From the NCBI GenBank assembly GCA_965197525.1, contig OZ240211.1:1152001-1216000 (forward strand): DNA of 64,000 bases, written 5' to 3'. The translations under genes and the position numbers were made by a program. Of the stretch, positions 39,760 to 51,078 are shown piece by piece. The notes under the pieces are model-generated. The model saw nothing but the letters and a program-made list of their open reading frames with translations. It was not told the DNA's origin and ran no database searches. Source of the DNA: Nitrosopumilus sp. (GTDB lineage Archaea; Thermoproteota; Nitrososphaeria; Nitrososphaerales; Nitrosopumilaceae). Numbering within the stretch: the first letter of the stretch is position 1; every line of letters starts with the position of its first letter.

Positions 39760-42660
39760 CTATGAATCCCAAAAGCCGCGAGTAACGACATACTGGCGTT
39801 CTGCCTCGTAAATTTGTTTAAAGATGTGATCGTCTTCGCCGTCTACCATATTTCGCAAGATTCTAGCAGCAGTGTCGGCGCCAACACCGTATCCCGACAT
39901 TACGGTAACTGCAATCTTGCCAAAATTTTCAATCAGGGAGGCCACCTTCCATGCACGTTCGTATTTGTGGTACTCGTCTTTTGTTAGTTTTTTATCCGCA
40001 TGCTGTTTTCTAATTATCTTGGGCAGGTCCAAGTCAGATGGATACGTCGCAGTTATCTGTCTGCATTTACAGTAGGGGCAGAACAGTCTGTCTGGGACAT
40101 CAGATGTCTGGGTTAGCCGCTCCCACCGTCCACAACGGGCACATACCAAACGATGTTTTGTTTTGCCTAACCGTGTCTTTACCAGATCAATTATTCCTTT
40201 GTCAAGATTTGCAGGCGATGAATAATATCTGGCGGTGTGATCAAGTATTGGCTCTGCGAGCTTTGAGAATTTATCGACTTCCTGCCATGTAATGCTGATG
40301 ACACCATCCCTTATCTTTTGTAAGACATCACTGCATGCACTCAGATCATACTTGTCATGAAATAACTCGCGTAGTGCTTCTGAGACCAATACGGTTTTGG
40401 AGTATCGCTCGTAGAGAAATCTGGCAGTCTTTCTCTCGTATACAGCACCACGACCTACGATGCCAAACTTTTTTGCAACGCACCATGTTCTCCAGTTTAC
40501 GTTGTGGGTTCCACTCAGTGATGCAGATACTATGGATGGTACGTCATACTCGTCCTTTATGACCTCAAAGAACAGTTTTTGGGATATTCGAGAGCTTGAT
40601 GATAAGACTATTCTATAGCCATCAGAACGCGAATCGACTACATGGCCTAGTATCGAGGATAGCATAGATGAGAGGATTGCAGCAAGAGTGGTATTGACTT
40701 TGGTACCAAGACACGCATGAATGACGATTGAGCCTTGGGCGCGACATGATTCGACTAGGATGCTATCAGCGTCAAGAATCAAGCTGTTGCAAGTATTGGT
40801 GTCAGCAGTAGCAGCATCATTGGTGGCAACATCAGTGTTGTTAGTAGCTGCTACAGTAGTAGCAGCAGCAGCAACTGTAGTATCAACATTATTGGCAGTA
40901 TCATCGTCGCCATCATTATCGACAACAACAGCAACAGTATCACCAAAATCCAGACTCTCAATGACGTCATTGGCTAGTTTGAGCTCGCCGTCCATTACCT
41001 TGCTACGGTATCTACCCACCTGTCTTGCAGTCTTGTAGTCAATCGGAATGTTCTCACCTTCCCAATATGGAACTGTGATACCGCCGCCACGGAACGGTTC
41101 TACGTTTACAGTAAACGATTTTTCATCAACATTGAGTATCCTCCATTGGGACCCTTTCAAGACAAAGATGTTGCCAGAGTCGCCAAAGTCGCCTACAAAC
41201 CTTTGATCCAAAGAACCAATGATGCGCTTGCCTACACTATCGAACACCTTGAACTTTAGGATGTCAGGAATCGTTGAAAGGTTCTCAAAGTAGTACTTGA
41301 ATGCCCGTCCCTTTTTGTAGAAAGTCATCTTTGTCTTATCAAAGAATACGAGATAGTTTGCATCAAGTAAATCTAGCACGTCAACGAATGCAGAGAACTG
41401 CAAATTTCTAAAAGGATATGCCTGTACTACCAGCTCATATGCATCAGTGGCACCAAGTTCTCTTCCTACCTGCATTGATAATCCTACCAGATGGTGTGCT
41501 AACACATCAAGTGAGTTGTCATGGATTAGCTGCTCTTCCATGGAGCCGTCACGGATACGACTGAGTATTGCCTGTGCCTCAAACTCATCGTCTGCGTTAT
41601 TTGTGACTATTAGACCGCGTGCAGACGAATCACGATTATGCTTGCTACGACCTATCCTTTGGACAAACTTTGAGACTTGTCTTGGAGAGCCATAATGAAC
41701 GACTAGTTCGACTGAATCAATATCTAATCCCAACTCCAAGGACGATGTGCATACTACAATACTGCATACGCCATTACGTAGTACCTGTTCGGTCTCTTCT
41801 CTGACTTCTTTTGAGAGCGAGCCGTGGTGTAACAGCACTGAGATACGCGACATATCCTTGAGAATGGATGCTAGGAACTCTGCCTCCCCGCGTGTATTGG
41901 TAAACAGGAGGATGGGAGAGGTTAGCTTTGATGCGTCGATATACCGTATAATTTTTTGAGCGACATCAGAGATTGTACCATCAACGTATATGATCTCTAC
42001 ATCGTACTGTCTCACAGTAGTGTCCCTTATCACCTTGCATTGTCGCTTGGAGCCTACAACAAACTTGCCTGCAGTTAATGGATTCCCAACTGTTGCTGAT
42101 AGCCCTATGCGGCTCAGCGGAAACACAGAGTTTAGCTGTAAGCGCTCTAGGCACAACGTCAGCTGGGAACCACGCTCACTTGATAGCAGTTCGTGTACCT
42201 CATCGACTACTACCCATTGTAATGCAGACAGTGCTGCAAGCATCTTTGGTTGGGTCAACAAGATAACCAAGGTTTCAGGAGTGGTTATCAGGATGTCAGG
42301 AGGATGTTCTCTTATTTGCCGTCTGTCTTTTTGCGTAGTATCCCCATGACGAATAGCTATAGCAAGCGAATCAGCATGCGCGTATTTTGTTATCCTTCTG
42401 AACACGTCACGATTCAATGCCCTCAACGGAGTGACATACAACATGATGGTTTTGCCAGGCTTTTTTGATTTTTTTAGTAACGAGAATATTGGAATAACTG
42501 CACATTCAGTCTTTCCTGAACCGGTTGGCGCAATAACCAAGCAGTCTTTTTTTTGCAAGATGGTAGGAGACGCCTTTCTCTGAATCTCAGTCAGTTCTGA
42601 GAATCCAAATCTTTGGAATAGCATCTTGAGGAAAGTAGATGCGCCCGGGTTATCGGTCAT
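39760..42660 (-). CDS. lhr: Lhr-family SF2 helicase
   Basis: APTGSGKT, TTPETL, VDEVH, LSAT, HHGSLS, TSSLELGLD, QRIGRS, C-terminal zinc finger. Confidence 0.92.
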   Translation of the reverse strand: MTDNPGASTFLKMLFQRFGFSELTEIQRKASPTILQKKDCLVIAPTGSGKTECAVIPIFSLLKKSKKPGKTIMLYVTPLRALNRDVFRRITKYAHADSLAIAIRHGDTTQKDRRQIREHPPDILITTPETLVILLTQPKMLAALSALQWVVVDEVHELLSSERGSQLTLCLERLQLNSVFPLSRIGLSATVGNPLTAGKFVVGSKRQCKVIRDTTVRQYDVEIIYVDGTISDVAQKIIRYIDASKLTSPILLFTNTRGEAEFLASILKDMSRISVLLHHGSLSKEVREETEQVLRNGVCSIVVCTSSLELGLDIDSVELVVHYGSPRQVSKFVQRIGRSKHNRDSSARGLIVTNNADDEFEAQAILSRIRDGSMEEQLIHDNSLDVLAHHLVGLSMQVGRELGATDAYELVVQAYPFRNLQFSAFVDVLDLLDANYLVFFDKTKMTFYKKGRAFKYYFENLSTIPDILKFKVFDSVGKRIIGSLDQRFVGDFGDSGNIFVLKGSQWRILNVDEKSFTVNVEPFRGGGITVPYWEGENIPIDYKTARQVGRYRSKVMDGELKLANDVIESLDFGDTVAVVVDNDGDDDTANNVDTTVAAAATTVAATNNTDVATNDAATADTNTCNSLILDADSILVESCRAQGSIVIHACLGTKVNTTLAAILSSMLSSILGHVVDSRSDGYRIVLSSSSRISQKLFFEVIKDEYDVPSIVSASLSGTHNVNWRTWCVAKKFGIVGRGAVYERKTARFLYERYSKTVLVSEALRELFHDKYDLSACSDVLQKIRDGVISITWQEVDKFSKLAEPILDHTARYYSSPANLDKGIIDLVKTRLGKTKHRLVCARCGRWERLTQTSDVPDRLFCPYCKCRQITATYPSDLDLPKIIRKQHADKKLTKDEYHKYERAWKVASLIENFGKIAVTVMSGYGVGADTAARILRNMVDGEDDHIFKQIYEAERQYVVTRGFWDS

Positions 42661-42716
42661 GATATATCAAATAACTCTGAACAATTAATGTTTTAGATTG
42701 TCACACAGAATGATGG

Positions 42717-43397
42717 TTACGTATTCTTATCGGTGATAGAGTACAGCCCAGTATGATTGATTCCATATGCAAAATACTCTTTGTGCAACGCCCAGTATAT
42801 CCTGCCATTGTACTTGGTAGAGTTCTTAAACAGATGAATCTTAATGTGTGTAAATGGATCTATTGCACTCTTCATGTTCTCAACCTCTTTATCTTTTAGA
42901 TTTCGTATCATGTTTGTAATGATGATAGTAATCTTGCTTGTGACTGCCATATGGGATAAATTACGCATGTACTTCATAAATAACGCATTCTTTAGAGCAA
43001 TGGATTCACGTGCAGTATACTCGTATGAGAATAGGTCGGTGATATTATCAATCACAATCAGGGAATAGTCATCTGGATTCTTCAAGTTTTGAAGGGCGTC
43101 TATCTGCTCAAACGTGTTGGTGACACGGGATACGGTTATCTTTCCGAGGAGATCAAAGTTTATTCCAGACGATTTTTGAATCTCGAGGATTCGTTCTGGT
43201 CTAAACCCGCCGGTCGTATCAATGTACAATATGCGTCCACCATTCTTGATAGAGTTGACTGCTAGCTGTAAAGATAGCAACGTCTTGCCTGTTGCGTTCC
43301 CACCAAATATATCAACAATTACACCGGATGGTATGCCGCCTAAAAGGAATCTATCCAGTTGTTTCAAGCCGGTTGGAATCATCTCTAAATGATACAA
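42717..43397 (-). CDS. RadA paralogue (RadB/aRadC-like RecA-family ATPase)
   Basis: IPTGLKQLDRFLLGG, GGNATGKT, YIDTTGGFRPERI, IITNMIR; lacks the N-terminal HhH domain. Confidence 0.85.
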   Translation of the reverse strand: MYHLEMIPTGLKQLDRFLLGGIPSGVIVDIFGGNATGKTLLSLQLAVNSIKNGGRILYIDTTGGFRPERILEIQKSSGINFDLLGKITVSRVTNTFEQIDALQNLKNPDDYSLIVIDNITDLFSYEYTARESIALKNALFMKYMRNLSHMAVTSKITIIITNMIRNLKDKEVENMKSAIDPFTHIKIHLFKNSTKYNGRIYWALHKEYFAYGINHTGLYSITDKNT

Positions 43398-43488
43398 AAC
43401 AGTGAAAAATTTAAAGAATTACTAGATTGATACACCTAGGTAAGGCTTTTATGGTAGATAACTGACTTTTCAATTAAGTGAACAATTA

Positions 43489-43749
43489 GTGTCCCAGACA
43501 AATAGTAGTAGTAGCAGTAGTGCAAAACGACCTCTGACAACCCTTCAAAAAAATACAAAGAAGAAAGTTATCGTCAGATTAAAAAATGAGGTAGAATACA
43601 AAGGAAAGATGGATAATGTGGATTCTTATATGAACCTGATAATGACTGACGCAGAAGAGGTTCACGATGGTAAGACTATAGCAAATTATGGCAGGGTTAT
43701 CGTTAGAGGTAACAACGTACTGTTCATCAAGCTAGAAAACGAGTTGTAG
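43489..43749 (+). CDS. Sm-like (LSm/SmAP) RNA-binding protein
   Basis: Sm1 GKMDNVDSYMNLIM and Sm2 VIVRGNNVLFI. Confidence 0.95.
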   Translation: MSQTNSSSSSSAKRPLTTLQKNTKKKVIVRLKNEVEYKGKMDNVDSYMNLIMTDAEEVHDGKTIANYGRVIVRGNNVLFIKLENEL

Positions 43750-43767
43750 TGTGCGTGAAGTGGTTTT

Positions 43768-44982
43768 ATGGCCAGCAACAATCAAAATAATAATAACAAC
43801 AACAACAATAATTTCCTCTTTACATCAGAGTCAGTAACAGAAGGGCATCCTGACAAGGTGTGCGACCACATATCTGACGCATTTCTAGATGAATACCTCA
43901 GACAGGATCCCGATTCACGAGTAGCAATAGAGACGATGGTCACAACAGATTTTGTAGTGGTGTCAGGCGAGGTTACATCAAAGGCCGTGTTTGACAAGGC
44001 GCAGCAAGAACAGTTGGTAAGGCAGACAATCAAGGATATCGGATACAATAACAGTGATCTGATGTTTGATGGCGATACCTGTAAGATAGACTTGAGATTA
44101 CATTCACAGAGTCCTGATATCAGTCAGGGGGTGACTGCAACTGAGAGTAGAGAGCAAGGAGCAGGCGATCAAGGTCTGATGTTTGGCTATGCAACAGATG
44201 AGACAGAAGAGCTGATGCCAATGCCAATACTATTGGCACACAAGTTAATTGAACGGCTATCTCGTGTAAGACGAGATGGTACGATACCATGGGTTAGGCC
44301 TGACGGCAAGTCGCAGGTGTCAGTAAGATACCAAGACAACAAGCCGACAAAGATAGAGACGGTAGTTATATCTACACAACACGCGCCTGACGTATCATAC
44401 AAAGAGATTACAGAAGAGATTACACACAAGGTCATCAGACCGGTGTTAGGGAAGCTGTGGAATGATGATATTGTTATTCATATTAATCCAACCGGAAAGT
44501 TCGTTATAGGAGGACCGCACGGGGATGCAGGTCTTACAGGACGAAAGATTATCGTTGATAGTTATGGGGGATTCGGAAGACACGGAGGCGGTGCATTTTC
44601 AGGTAAGGATCCATCAAAGGTGGACAGATCGGCGTGTTACATGTGCAGGTATATTGCAAAGAACATTGTAGCTGCCAAACTAGCTGATAGATGTGAGGTC
44701 CAGCTAGCATATGCAATAGGAGTGGCAGAACCGGTGTCTCTGTATATCAATACGTTTGGAACAAACAAGATTCCAGAAGACAGGATTGTACAGCTAGTCA
44801 GAGAGAACTTTGATATGAAGCCCAGTGGAATAATTGCCCAACTAGATTTAAAGAGGCCGATATACAAAAAGACTGCATCATACGGTCATTTCGGACGGGA
44901 TGAGCCAGAGTTTACCTGGGAGAGGACAGACAAGGCAGATACGTTAAGACGCGCAGTTGACGGGTTAACCATTAACAACTGA
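43768..44982 (+). CDS. metK: S-adenosylmethionine synthetase, bacterial/eukaryal type
   Basis: [41 protein letters not shown]. Confidence 0.97.
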   Translation: MASNNQNNNNNNNNNFLFTSESVTEGHPDKVCDHISDAFLDEYLRQDPDSRVAIETMVTTDFVVVSGEVTSKAVFDKAQQEQLVRQTIKDIGYNNSDLMFDGDTCKIDLRLHSQSPDISQGVTATESREQGAGDQGLMFGYATDETEELMPMPILLAHKLIERLSRVRRDGTIPWVRPDGKSQVSVRYQDNKPTKIETVVISTQHAPDVSYKEITEEITHKVIRPVLGKLWNDDIVIHINPTGKFVIGGPHGDAGLTGRKIIVDSYGGFGRHGGGAFSGKDPSKVDRSACYMCRYIAKNIVAAKLADRCEVQLAYAIGVAEPVSLYINTFGTNKIPEDRIVQLVRENFDMKPSGIIAQLDLKRPIYKKTASYGHFGRDEPEFTWERTDKADTLRRAVDGLTINN

Positions 44983-45843
44983 CTGTAGTTGTATCTGAGC
45001 TAGTTCTTGTAGTTTTTTATAGTCGCCTGTAAAGCTGCCAATCAGGATACAGAGATCGTCTACTCCCAGTTCAGAGTCTTTGTTGGTTATTGCGTTGTGG
45101 TATGCATCCTCTAGTGAAATTTCTGTGAGCGGTGTGTTCTTGGCATATGATGTAACGTACTGCTTGAAGGTAACAGTGTCAGGACCCACTAGATCAATTA
45201 TACCATTATTGAAGTTTTGATTGTGCGTTGACTCGTAGATGATACGGGTTACGTCATCAATATGTATTGGCTGAATGTGATAGTTGCCAGAGCCTGGAAT
45301 ATTGATGCTGTGTTGGTTTTTTTGCTGTCTTTTGATATATTTTGTAAGATGGTCGTCTGCGCCTATAATGTATGATGGTCGAAATATGGTATAGTTGATA
45401 GACGAGTTGATGACTAGCTGCTCTGCCTTGTATTTAGAGATGAACAGTGCCAGACTGGTGTTAGGCGAGACGCCCAAGCCGCTCAGATATACAATCTTTT
45501 TGATGTTCGAGCGTCTGCACAGCTCTACAATATCTTTGGTTAGGTTGATGTGTATGGCAGTATAATCTGCTGCAGGTGACTGTCTTCCTACACCTATCAG
45601 ATGAATCAAGGCATCGGCTCCCTGTATGGAATCAAGGTTGGAATAATCCTGAGAGACTATCTTGGTCTCACCATCAAATGTGTCAAAATCTCTGCGTGCT
45701 ATGGAGATTAGATTAACGCCTTTTGAGGCAAGATATGCCCGGAGGTTCCTTGCAACAAATCCGGTTGCTCCAGTAATTACTATGGTTGGCATGATGCTCA
45801 CATAGTCTTTGATTTTGAATCTATTTAGAGTAATTGCAGGCAA
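44965..45843 (-). CDS. NAD-dependent epimerase/dehydratase (atypical SDR)
   Basis: [14 protein letters not shown], YxxxK-like [14 protein letters not shown]. Confidence 0.88.
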   Translation of the reverse strand: MPAITLNRFKIKDYVSIMPTIVITGATGFVARNLRAYLASKGVNLISIARRDFDTFDGETKIVSQDYSNLDSIQGADALIHLIGVGRQSPAADYTAIHINLTKDIVELCRRSNIKKIVYLSGLGVSPNTSLALFISKYKAEQLVINSSINYTIFRPSYIIGADDHLTKYIKRQQKNQHSINIPGSGNYHIQPIHIDDVTRIIYESTHNQNFNNGIIDLVGPDTVTFKQYVTSYAKNTPLTEISLEDAYHNAITNKDSELGVDDLCILIGSFTGDYKKLQELAQIQLQSVVNG

Positions 45844-46082
45844 GTCTTGACAGATTTTTCATATTGTTTATGATCGACAACCATGTGATCTTGGCATTCA
45901 TGGAGTTTTTGATTTCTAATGATGAATGCAGATGGTATAATTTCATGTCCGGATACGTACAAAACAATATACCTAATTACTCTTGCATAGATTTTGGCGC
46001 ATAAAACACCTAATTGAGTGTATCCTGAATGATATTTGTTACTAGATAACTTCGCAGAACCACTACGTGGAAAGTTAATAAT

Positions 46083-46541
46083 CTATTTTTGTTTACTGTC
46101 ATTAGTTTCTAATTTAACATTTTTCATGCGAATTTGTCTTGCTTCCAGATAACCTGTAAATCTACGACGATAAAAATTGTTATTGGTGTAAAATTTAGAT
46201 TGTTTGTAACATTTTGGACACTTCTTTTTTGATTGCGGAATATGCTGATTACAATACATACATATATTTTTTGATTTTCTAAACTCATATTCATCATAAC
46301 AAAAAATATGCTCAGGATCAGGTAAGCGCCATTCGACATTGGCATCATCTAAAATTTTCCCCACCGATTCGTGACAAAAACGACATTTCTTACTATTTGC
46401 TGGATTTGGATAACATTCAACATGTGTGGTCTTATTACATCTATATGTAAAACCATCTTCATCAGTAAGTTTGCCACTTACAGTTTGCCCGCACTTTCCA
46501 CACATTCCGTTTTCTATATTATGTAGTATTTTTCTATGCAT
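46083..46541 (-). CDS. Cys-rich putative zinc-finger protein
   Basis: CGKC, CRFC, CMYC and CPKC pairs plus extra C/H residues in 152 aa; AT-rich. Confidence 0.55.
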   Translation of the reverse strand: MHRKILHNIENGMCGKCGQTVSGKLTDEDGFTYRCNKTTHVECYPNPANSKKCRFCHESVGKILDDANVEWRLPDPEHIFCYDEYEFRKSKNICMYCNQHIPQSKKKCPKCYKQSKFYTNNNFYRRRFTGYLEARQIRMKNVKLETNDSKQK

Positions 46542-47161
46542 AAAAAAATTACTTTAACAGATTCTGTCGGGTTATCAAGAGCTGGCGCAGTCAGACAATA
46601 CCATTATGTAACGATTCCAAATGATTTCAGTGATAATAAAAATAAACCCCGCGGATGTGCCGATTCCACCGACGGCCCGAAATGGAGCGGTTATGGGGGT
46701 GCGATACCGGCATCGAATCGGTCATACGCATCACCTAACGATTCATAAATGAGGAGCCATGATTCGGTACACTTCCGTTTACGATGCACAAACCCGGCAA
46801 ATCCACGCGAGATGACGGGGAGTAAAAGTTTACGCGGATCTTTTGGTGTTTTTCGGGCAAGCTATTTTCCATGATCGATTCTGCCACTGTCTTTTCCCTT
46901 GCTCCGATACGTGCACTAGTCCATGATCATCTAATCCCTTTTCTTGCCATCTGCCATTACCTTGCCGGTTCGTCCCGTAACATCTTGGCCTCTGAATATG
47001 ACAACGAAATGGTTTGGATGTGATGAAACTGACTTGAGAAAGTCTGACTTTGTGCCTAATCTGATCTGCTACAAAACACCATGAAAACCATTTATCATTA
47101 TCGGAGATGTCCTTTGATCTCTGCAGGGGCCTGCCATGTCCTCAGGCCTTGCCTTGATGCC

Positions 47162-47428
47162 TCAATGTCTCTTTAGGCCTTTGATCAAAGCCACTACGCC
47201 TCCTGCAATGGGTCCAATAATTATTCCAAATAAAATCACCTGACTAAGTGTTCTGGACGTACAATCAACCTCAGTAGGTGGCCAGTCGGTGTGGAATACG
47301 TAACATTTTCCAGATTCTTCATATTCGTGCGTCATCATAGAATGACTATCCAAATAGGATCCATTTATGATGATTAATCCTGTGAGGATCAGCACGCTTC
47401 CAACAATGATAAATCCCACGTTAGTCAT
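47162..47428 (-). CDS. Small two-TM membrane protein
   Basis: Hydrophobic N- and C-terminal helices around a His/Cys-containing loop. Confidence 0.55.
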   Translation of the reverse strand: MTNVGFIIVGSVLILTGLIIINGSYLDSHSMMTHEYEESGKCYVFHTDWPPTEVDCTSRTLSQVILFGIIIGPIAGGVVALIKGLKRH

Positions 47429-47480
47429 AACCGGTTCACAAGCATGTCGTATTTACATTTAGCCTTATTGAACTCAATAC

Positions 47481-48778
47481 CAGTAGTCGAAAATTTACTC
47501 CTTAGGCAGATCCTCCGACATCATATGGTTGACCCACAATCCTACATAATTCTAATGCAGTCATTGCCGCAGCATATGCGACAAGCGCCAGAGTTACCCG
47601 ATCATAACTCGAATCTTCACGGTACTGCTCTACTGCCCACGTGTTGTACATGAACAGCGAGACGTAAAACATTATTGCCCTAAACGACACATTGCGACTT
47701 GTTGTCCTCGGACGCACCTGCTCGACCTGCTTGTATCCTGTCTCTATCCCCCACCTCCTTCTGTACTCCTCTGGAAGCGTCTCAATCTCGTCTAGTGCCC
47801 TGACCTGGGAAAGGTTGGTGGCAAAGACATGGTATCTTTCTGTGGCATCAGCATCAGGATCGTCTATCTTTTTTGAGGGCGTGATTATCAATGTGAATGT
47901 GGCAGACTAGCCTGCTGCGTTTCTGACGGTGTACTGTGAGACTGCCTTGCGTAATTTATCGTGATGCTCCCGTATCACCCTCTTTATCCCCGTGTTCTTG
48001 ACTGCCGGCATCAGGAACTTGTGTCTCTGTTCTGATACAAGCCTGATTATCTCAGTCGAGTAAAACTCGCGGTCCATCAGAGCCGCCGGGCCCGTATCCT
48101 GTAACCCTTGAGTTTTTGCACGAATTTACGCACAAAATCGGCGTCATCCACGCTGCGCGTGACTTGCATGCACTCCAAAATGGTCGGAACCTGTTCTGCT
48201 ACCACATGCATTGTTGCGTAACACTCGAACTTGCTTGTACCGCCCTTTGGTTTGGGCCTTGTCAGATGTGACATGTTGTCCTTGTCGTGCCTTGGTATCA
48301 GATGTTTATCTATTGCTACTAGTACGCCCCCCTTGTACCGACACGTATTCTTGGCAAGCCTTGCGGTGCGTGTGATCATATCCATGCAGAGTTCGTCTGC
48401 ACTGTCTGTTCCAGCGAGTTTATCATGTTGCGAAACCACTTGGGCGACGGCATCTTCTTTTTGGCGTGCTTGAGCAGCCGGATTGCCTCCTCGGAGGCTA
48501 TGTTGGATTCAGACATCTTCATCAATATGGCTGCAAACTCGCTCACCCCGTATTGGGCATTGTTCCTCGTAGAGAATCCTATGGATGAAGATTCTAGTAT
48601 TCCTGACAAGGTAGTAAGTATCCTTGCTCCGATATTATTGTGGTGTACCTGCCCACCTTTTTGCTCGAACACTAAGGTGGGTAAGGGCACTGTGGATAAT
48701 AGATCGGTATGTTCGAAAAATGTTAACGCATCTGAGAATATTTGTTAGCTGGCTTAGAAGGCAAATTTCCTACTACTG
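47481..48778 (-). mobile_element. ISH3-family (IS4-like DDE) insertion sequence with inactivated transposase
   Basis: TIRs CAGTAGTCGAAAATTT (47481-47496) and CAGTAGTAGGAAATTT (rc of 48763-48778) match 14/16. Flanks AATAC/AATAT look like a degenerate 5-bp TSD. Motifs VAIDKH, LMDREF and YRRRWGIETGY are spread over two frameshifts and a TAG at ~47907. Confidence 0.9.
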
Positions 48779-48879
48779 AATATGTATAAAAGATTAAAAA
48801 AAGACACGTAGAACTGCTTCGAAAAGAGTATACAATATCAGAAATAAGAGTTATTACTTTAAAAATGATCTAAAACATA

Positions 48880-49971
48880 TTGGCAACAAAGGAGAAAGAG
48901 AGACTAAGAACAGGTTACACAACAGGCAGTTGTGCAACGGCTGCAGCATGCGCTGCCTTGCTGTCAATTAAAAACCAGGAAAAGATAACAAGTGTAGACA
49001 TACTGTTACCAAATAGGTCGCACATTACAATTCCGATACATGACTGCAGATACTCTAAAGAAACTGCGACATGTACTGTAATCAAAGACGGTGGGGACGA
49101 CCCTGACGTTACACACGGTGCGGAGATGATAGTAGAGCTGGTACTGACTGATAACAATCCAGATACAATAGAGATTGGCGGAGGCAGGGGAGTAGGAATA
49201 GTAACAAAGCCCGGACTAGGATTAGAGATAGACAAGCCTGCCATAAACCCGGTACCAAAAAAGATGATTCAAGAGAATCTGCGACTAGTAGCAGGAAAAA
49301 TACTAAAGAATCACGGTATCAAACTAGTCATCACAGTACCAAAAGGCGAGGAACTGGCACCAAAAACGGACAATCCAAGACTGGGAATAATTAATGGAAT
49401 ATCCATTTTGGGAACAAGTGGTATCGTAATCCCGTTCTCTACTGCATCATACGCTGCATCAATCAGGCAAAACTTGGATGTTGCAATTGCAATGAAAGAG
49501 GATACGGTCGTACTAACAACTGGTGGACGTAGTGAAGAGTTGGCAAAGAAGATTATCAAGCTGCCACAGCACTGTTTTGTCCAGATGGGTGATTTTTCGG
49601 GGTACACCATACAGCAATGCAACAAAAAGAAAAAGATCAAAAAAGCGTACATTGTAGGATTTGTTGGAAAATTAGCAAAGATGGCAGCAGGAGTAAAACA
49701 GACGCATGTAAAAGGCTCAAAAGTGAATATGGGTTTTCTAGCAGAGCTGGCAAAGGCTTCCGGTGCTAACGATGACGTCATTACAAAGGTCAGGCGCGCA
49801 AATACGGCACGACATGTATCTGAGATTATAGTAGAGAATGACATCAAAGGATTCTTCGAGTTGATATGCGAGAACACTCACAGGCATATGAGCGAGCACT
49901 CGAAGAATAACGTGTTAATTGATGTAATATTGTTCGGGTTTGACGGTACCATTCTTGCAAGAAAAAAGTAG
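48880..49971 (+). CDS. cbiD: Cobalt-precorrin-5B C1-methyltransferase
   Basis: LRTGYTTGSCATAAA, KDGGDDPDVTHG, GISILGTSGIV. Confidence 0.96.
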   Translation: MATKEKERLRTGYTTGSCATAAACAALLSIKNQEKITSVDILLPNRSHITIPIHDCRYSKETATCTVIKDGGDDPDVTHGAEMIVELVLTDNNPDTIEIGGGRGVGIVTKPGLGLEIDKPAINPVPKKMIQENLRLVAGKILKNHGIKLVITVPKGEELAPKTDNPRLGIINGISILGTSGIVIPFSTASYAASIRQNLDVAIAMKEDTVVLTTGGRSEELAKKIIKLPQHCFVQMGDFSGYTIQQCNKKKKIKKAYIVGFVGKLAKMAAGVKQTHVKGSKVNMGFLAELAKASGANDDVITKVRRANTARHVSEIIVENDIKGFFELICENTHRHMSEHSKNNVLIDVILFGFDGTILARKK

Positions 49972-50007
49972 CAAGGTATTTTATTTAACTAGCACACAGT
50001 TTCAAAT

Positions 50008-51078
50008 ATGGACAGAGTTGCAGTCTTGGCTATTACAAAGAATGGGATAACAATTGGGCAAAACTTGAAAAGACAGTTTCCAGAATTTCAAGTATTTGCA
50101 CCGCAAAAGCTATCAGATGATGCAATAAATGACATTGTATGGTATGACGCCACTACAACTCAAAAGATAGTAGAGTTATTCAAAGGGAGTGATGCTCTGA
50201 TATGCCTGTTTTCCTTGGGTGCAGTCATTAGACTGATTGCGCCGCACCTCAAAGACAAAAAGACCGATCCTGCGGTAATTGTGATTGATGACAAGACAAA
50301 TTTTGTGATAAGTGTGCTGTCAGGTCATATTGGAGGTGCAAACAAGATGACAGACGACATAGCTGCAAAACTAGGTGCAATACCCGTCATCACAACTGCG
50401 GCAGATGTAAACAAAACCATATCAGTTGACTTAGTTGGAAGAGAGTTCGGATGGGTAATAGACGACGATACACACGTAACTGCCGTCAGTGCAGACATGG
50501 TAAATGAGGAGCCAATAGGTGTATATCAGGACGTGGGCAGAACTGATTGGTATGCAAGGAAGCTGCCAAAGAATGTTACAGTGTATGACAGTATGAATGA
50601 TTTAAGAGATTCGGATTCTAAAGCGCATTTGATAATCTCAGACAGAGTGTTGGAGGGTGATACAATAGAGAGAAGGGTGGTGGTGTATCGTCCCAAAAGT
50701 TTGGTAATAGGGATAGGGCTGCACCACGATACAGACAAGGACACCATCAAAAATGGCGTAGAGGAGTGTTTGAGACGATTCGAGCTATCACCAAAATGTG
50801 TTGCAAAGTTGGTATCAATAAAAAAGCCAAAGGATGTCCAAGGTTTGATTGACATAGGTAAAGAGATGATGATACCAGTGGAATATGTAGACAGAGAAGA
50901 GTTAGCAGAGATTACTGCGCCTAATCCATCAGATACTGTCATGGCATTTGAGGGAACGGCAAGCGTGTCAGAGGCTGCTGCAATAAAGGTATCAGGCGGT
51001 GGTGGCACCCTAGTAGTAGAAAAACAGAAATTCCCACCAAACCTGACGATTGCTATAGCGAGGATGAGCAAAGTATAA
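50008..51078 (+). CDS. cbiG: Cobalt-precorrin-5A hydrolase
   Basis: DKKTDPAVIVID, SGHIGGAN, PVITTAAD, SVSEAAA. Confidence 0.95.
   Translation: MDRVAVLAITKNGITIGQNLKRQFPEFQVFAPQKLSDDAINDIVWYDATTTQKIVELFKGSDALICLFSLGAVIRLIAPHLKDKKTDPAVIVIDDKTNFVISVLSGHIGGANKMTDDIAAKLGAIPVITTAADVNKTISVDLVGREFGWVIDDDTHVTAVSADMVNEEPIGVYQDVGRTDWYARKLPKNVTVYDSMNDLRDSDSKAHLIISDRVLEGDTIERRVVVYRPKSLVIGIGLHHDTDKDTIKNGVEECLRRFELSPKCVAKLVSIKKPKDVQGLIDIGKEMMIPVEYVDREELAEITAPNPSDTVMAFEGTASVSEAAAIKVSGGGGTLVVEKQKFPPNLTIAIARMSKV

Noticed and set aside
46640-47040. A definite second IS element
   Set aside because: Only vague transposase-like words (GYG, GIES, VMADG) appear, with no TIRs or continuous frame, so it is not called as a feature.
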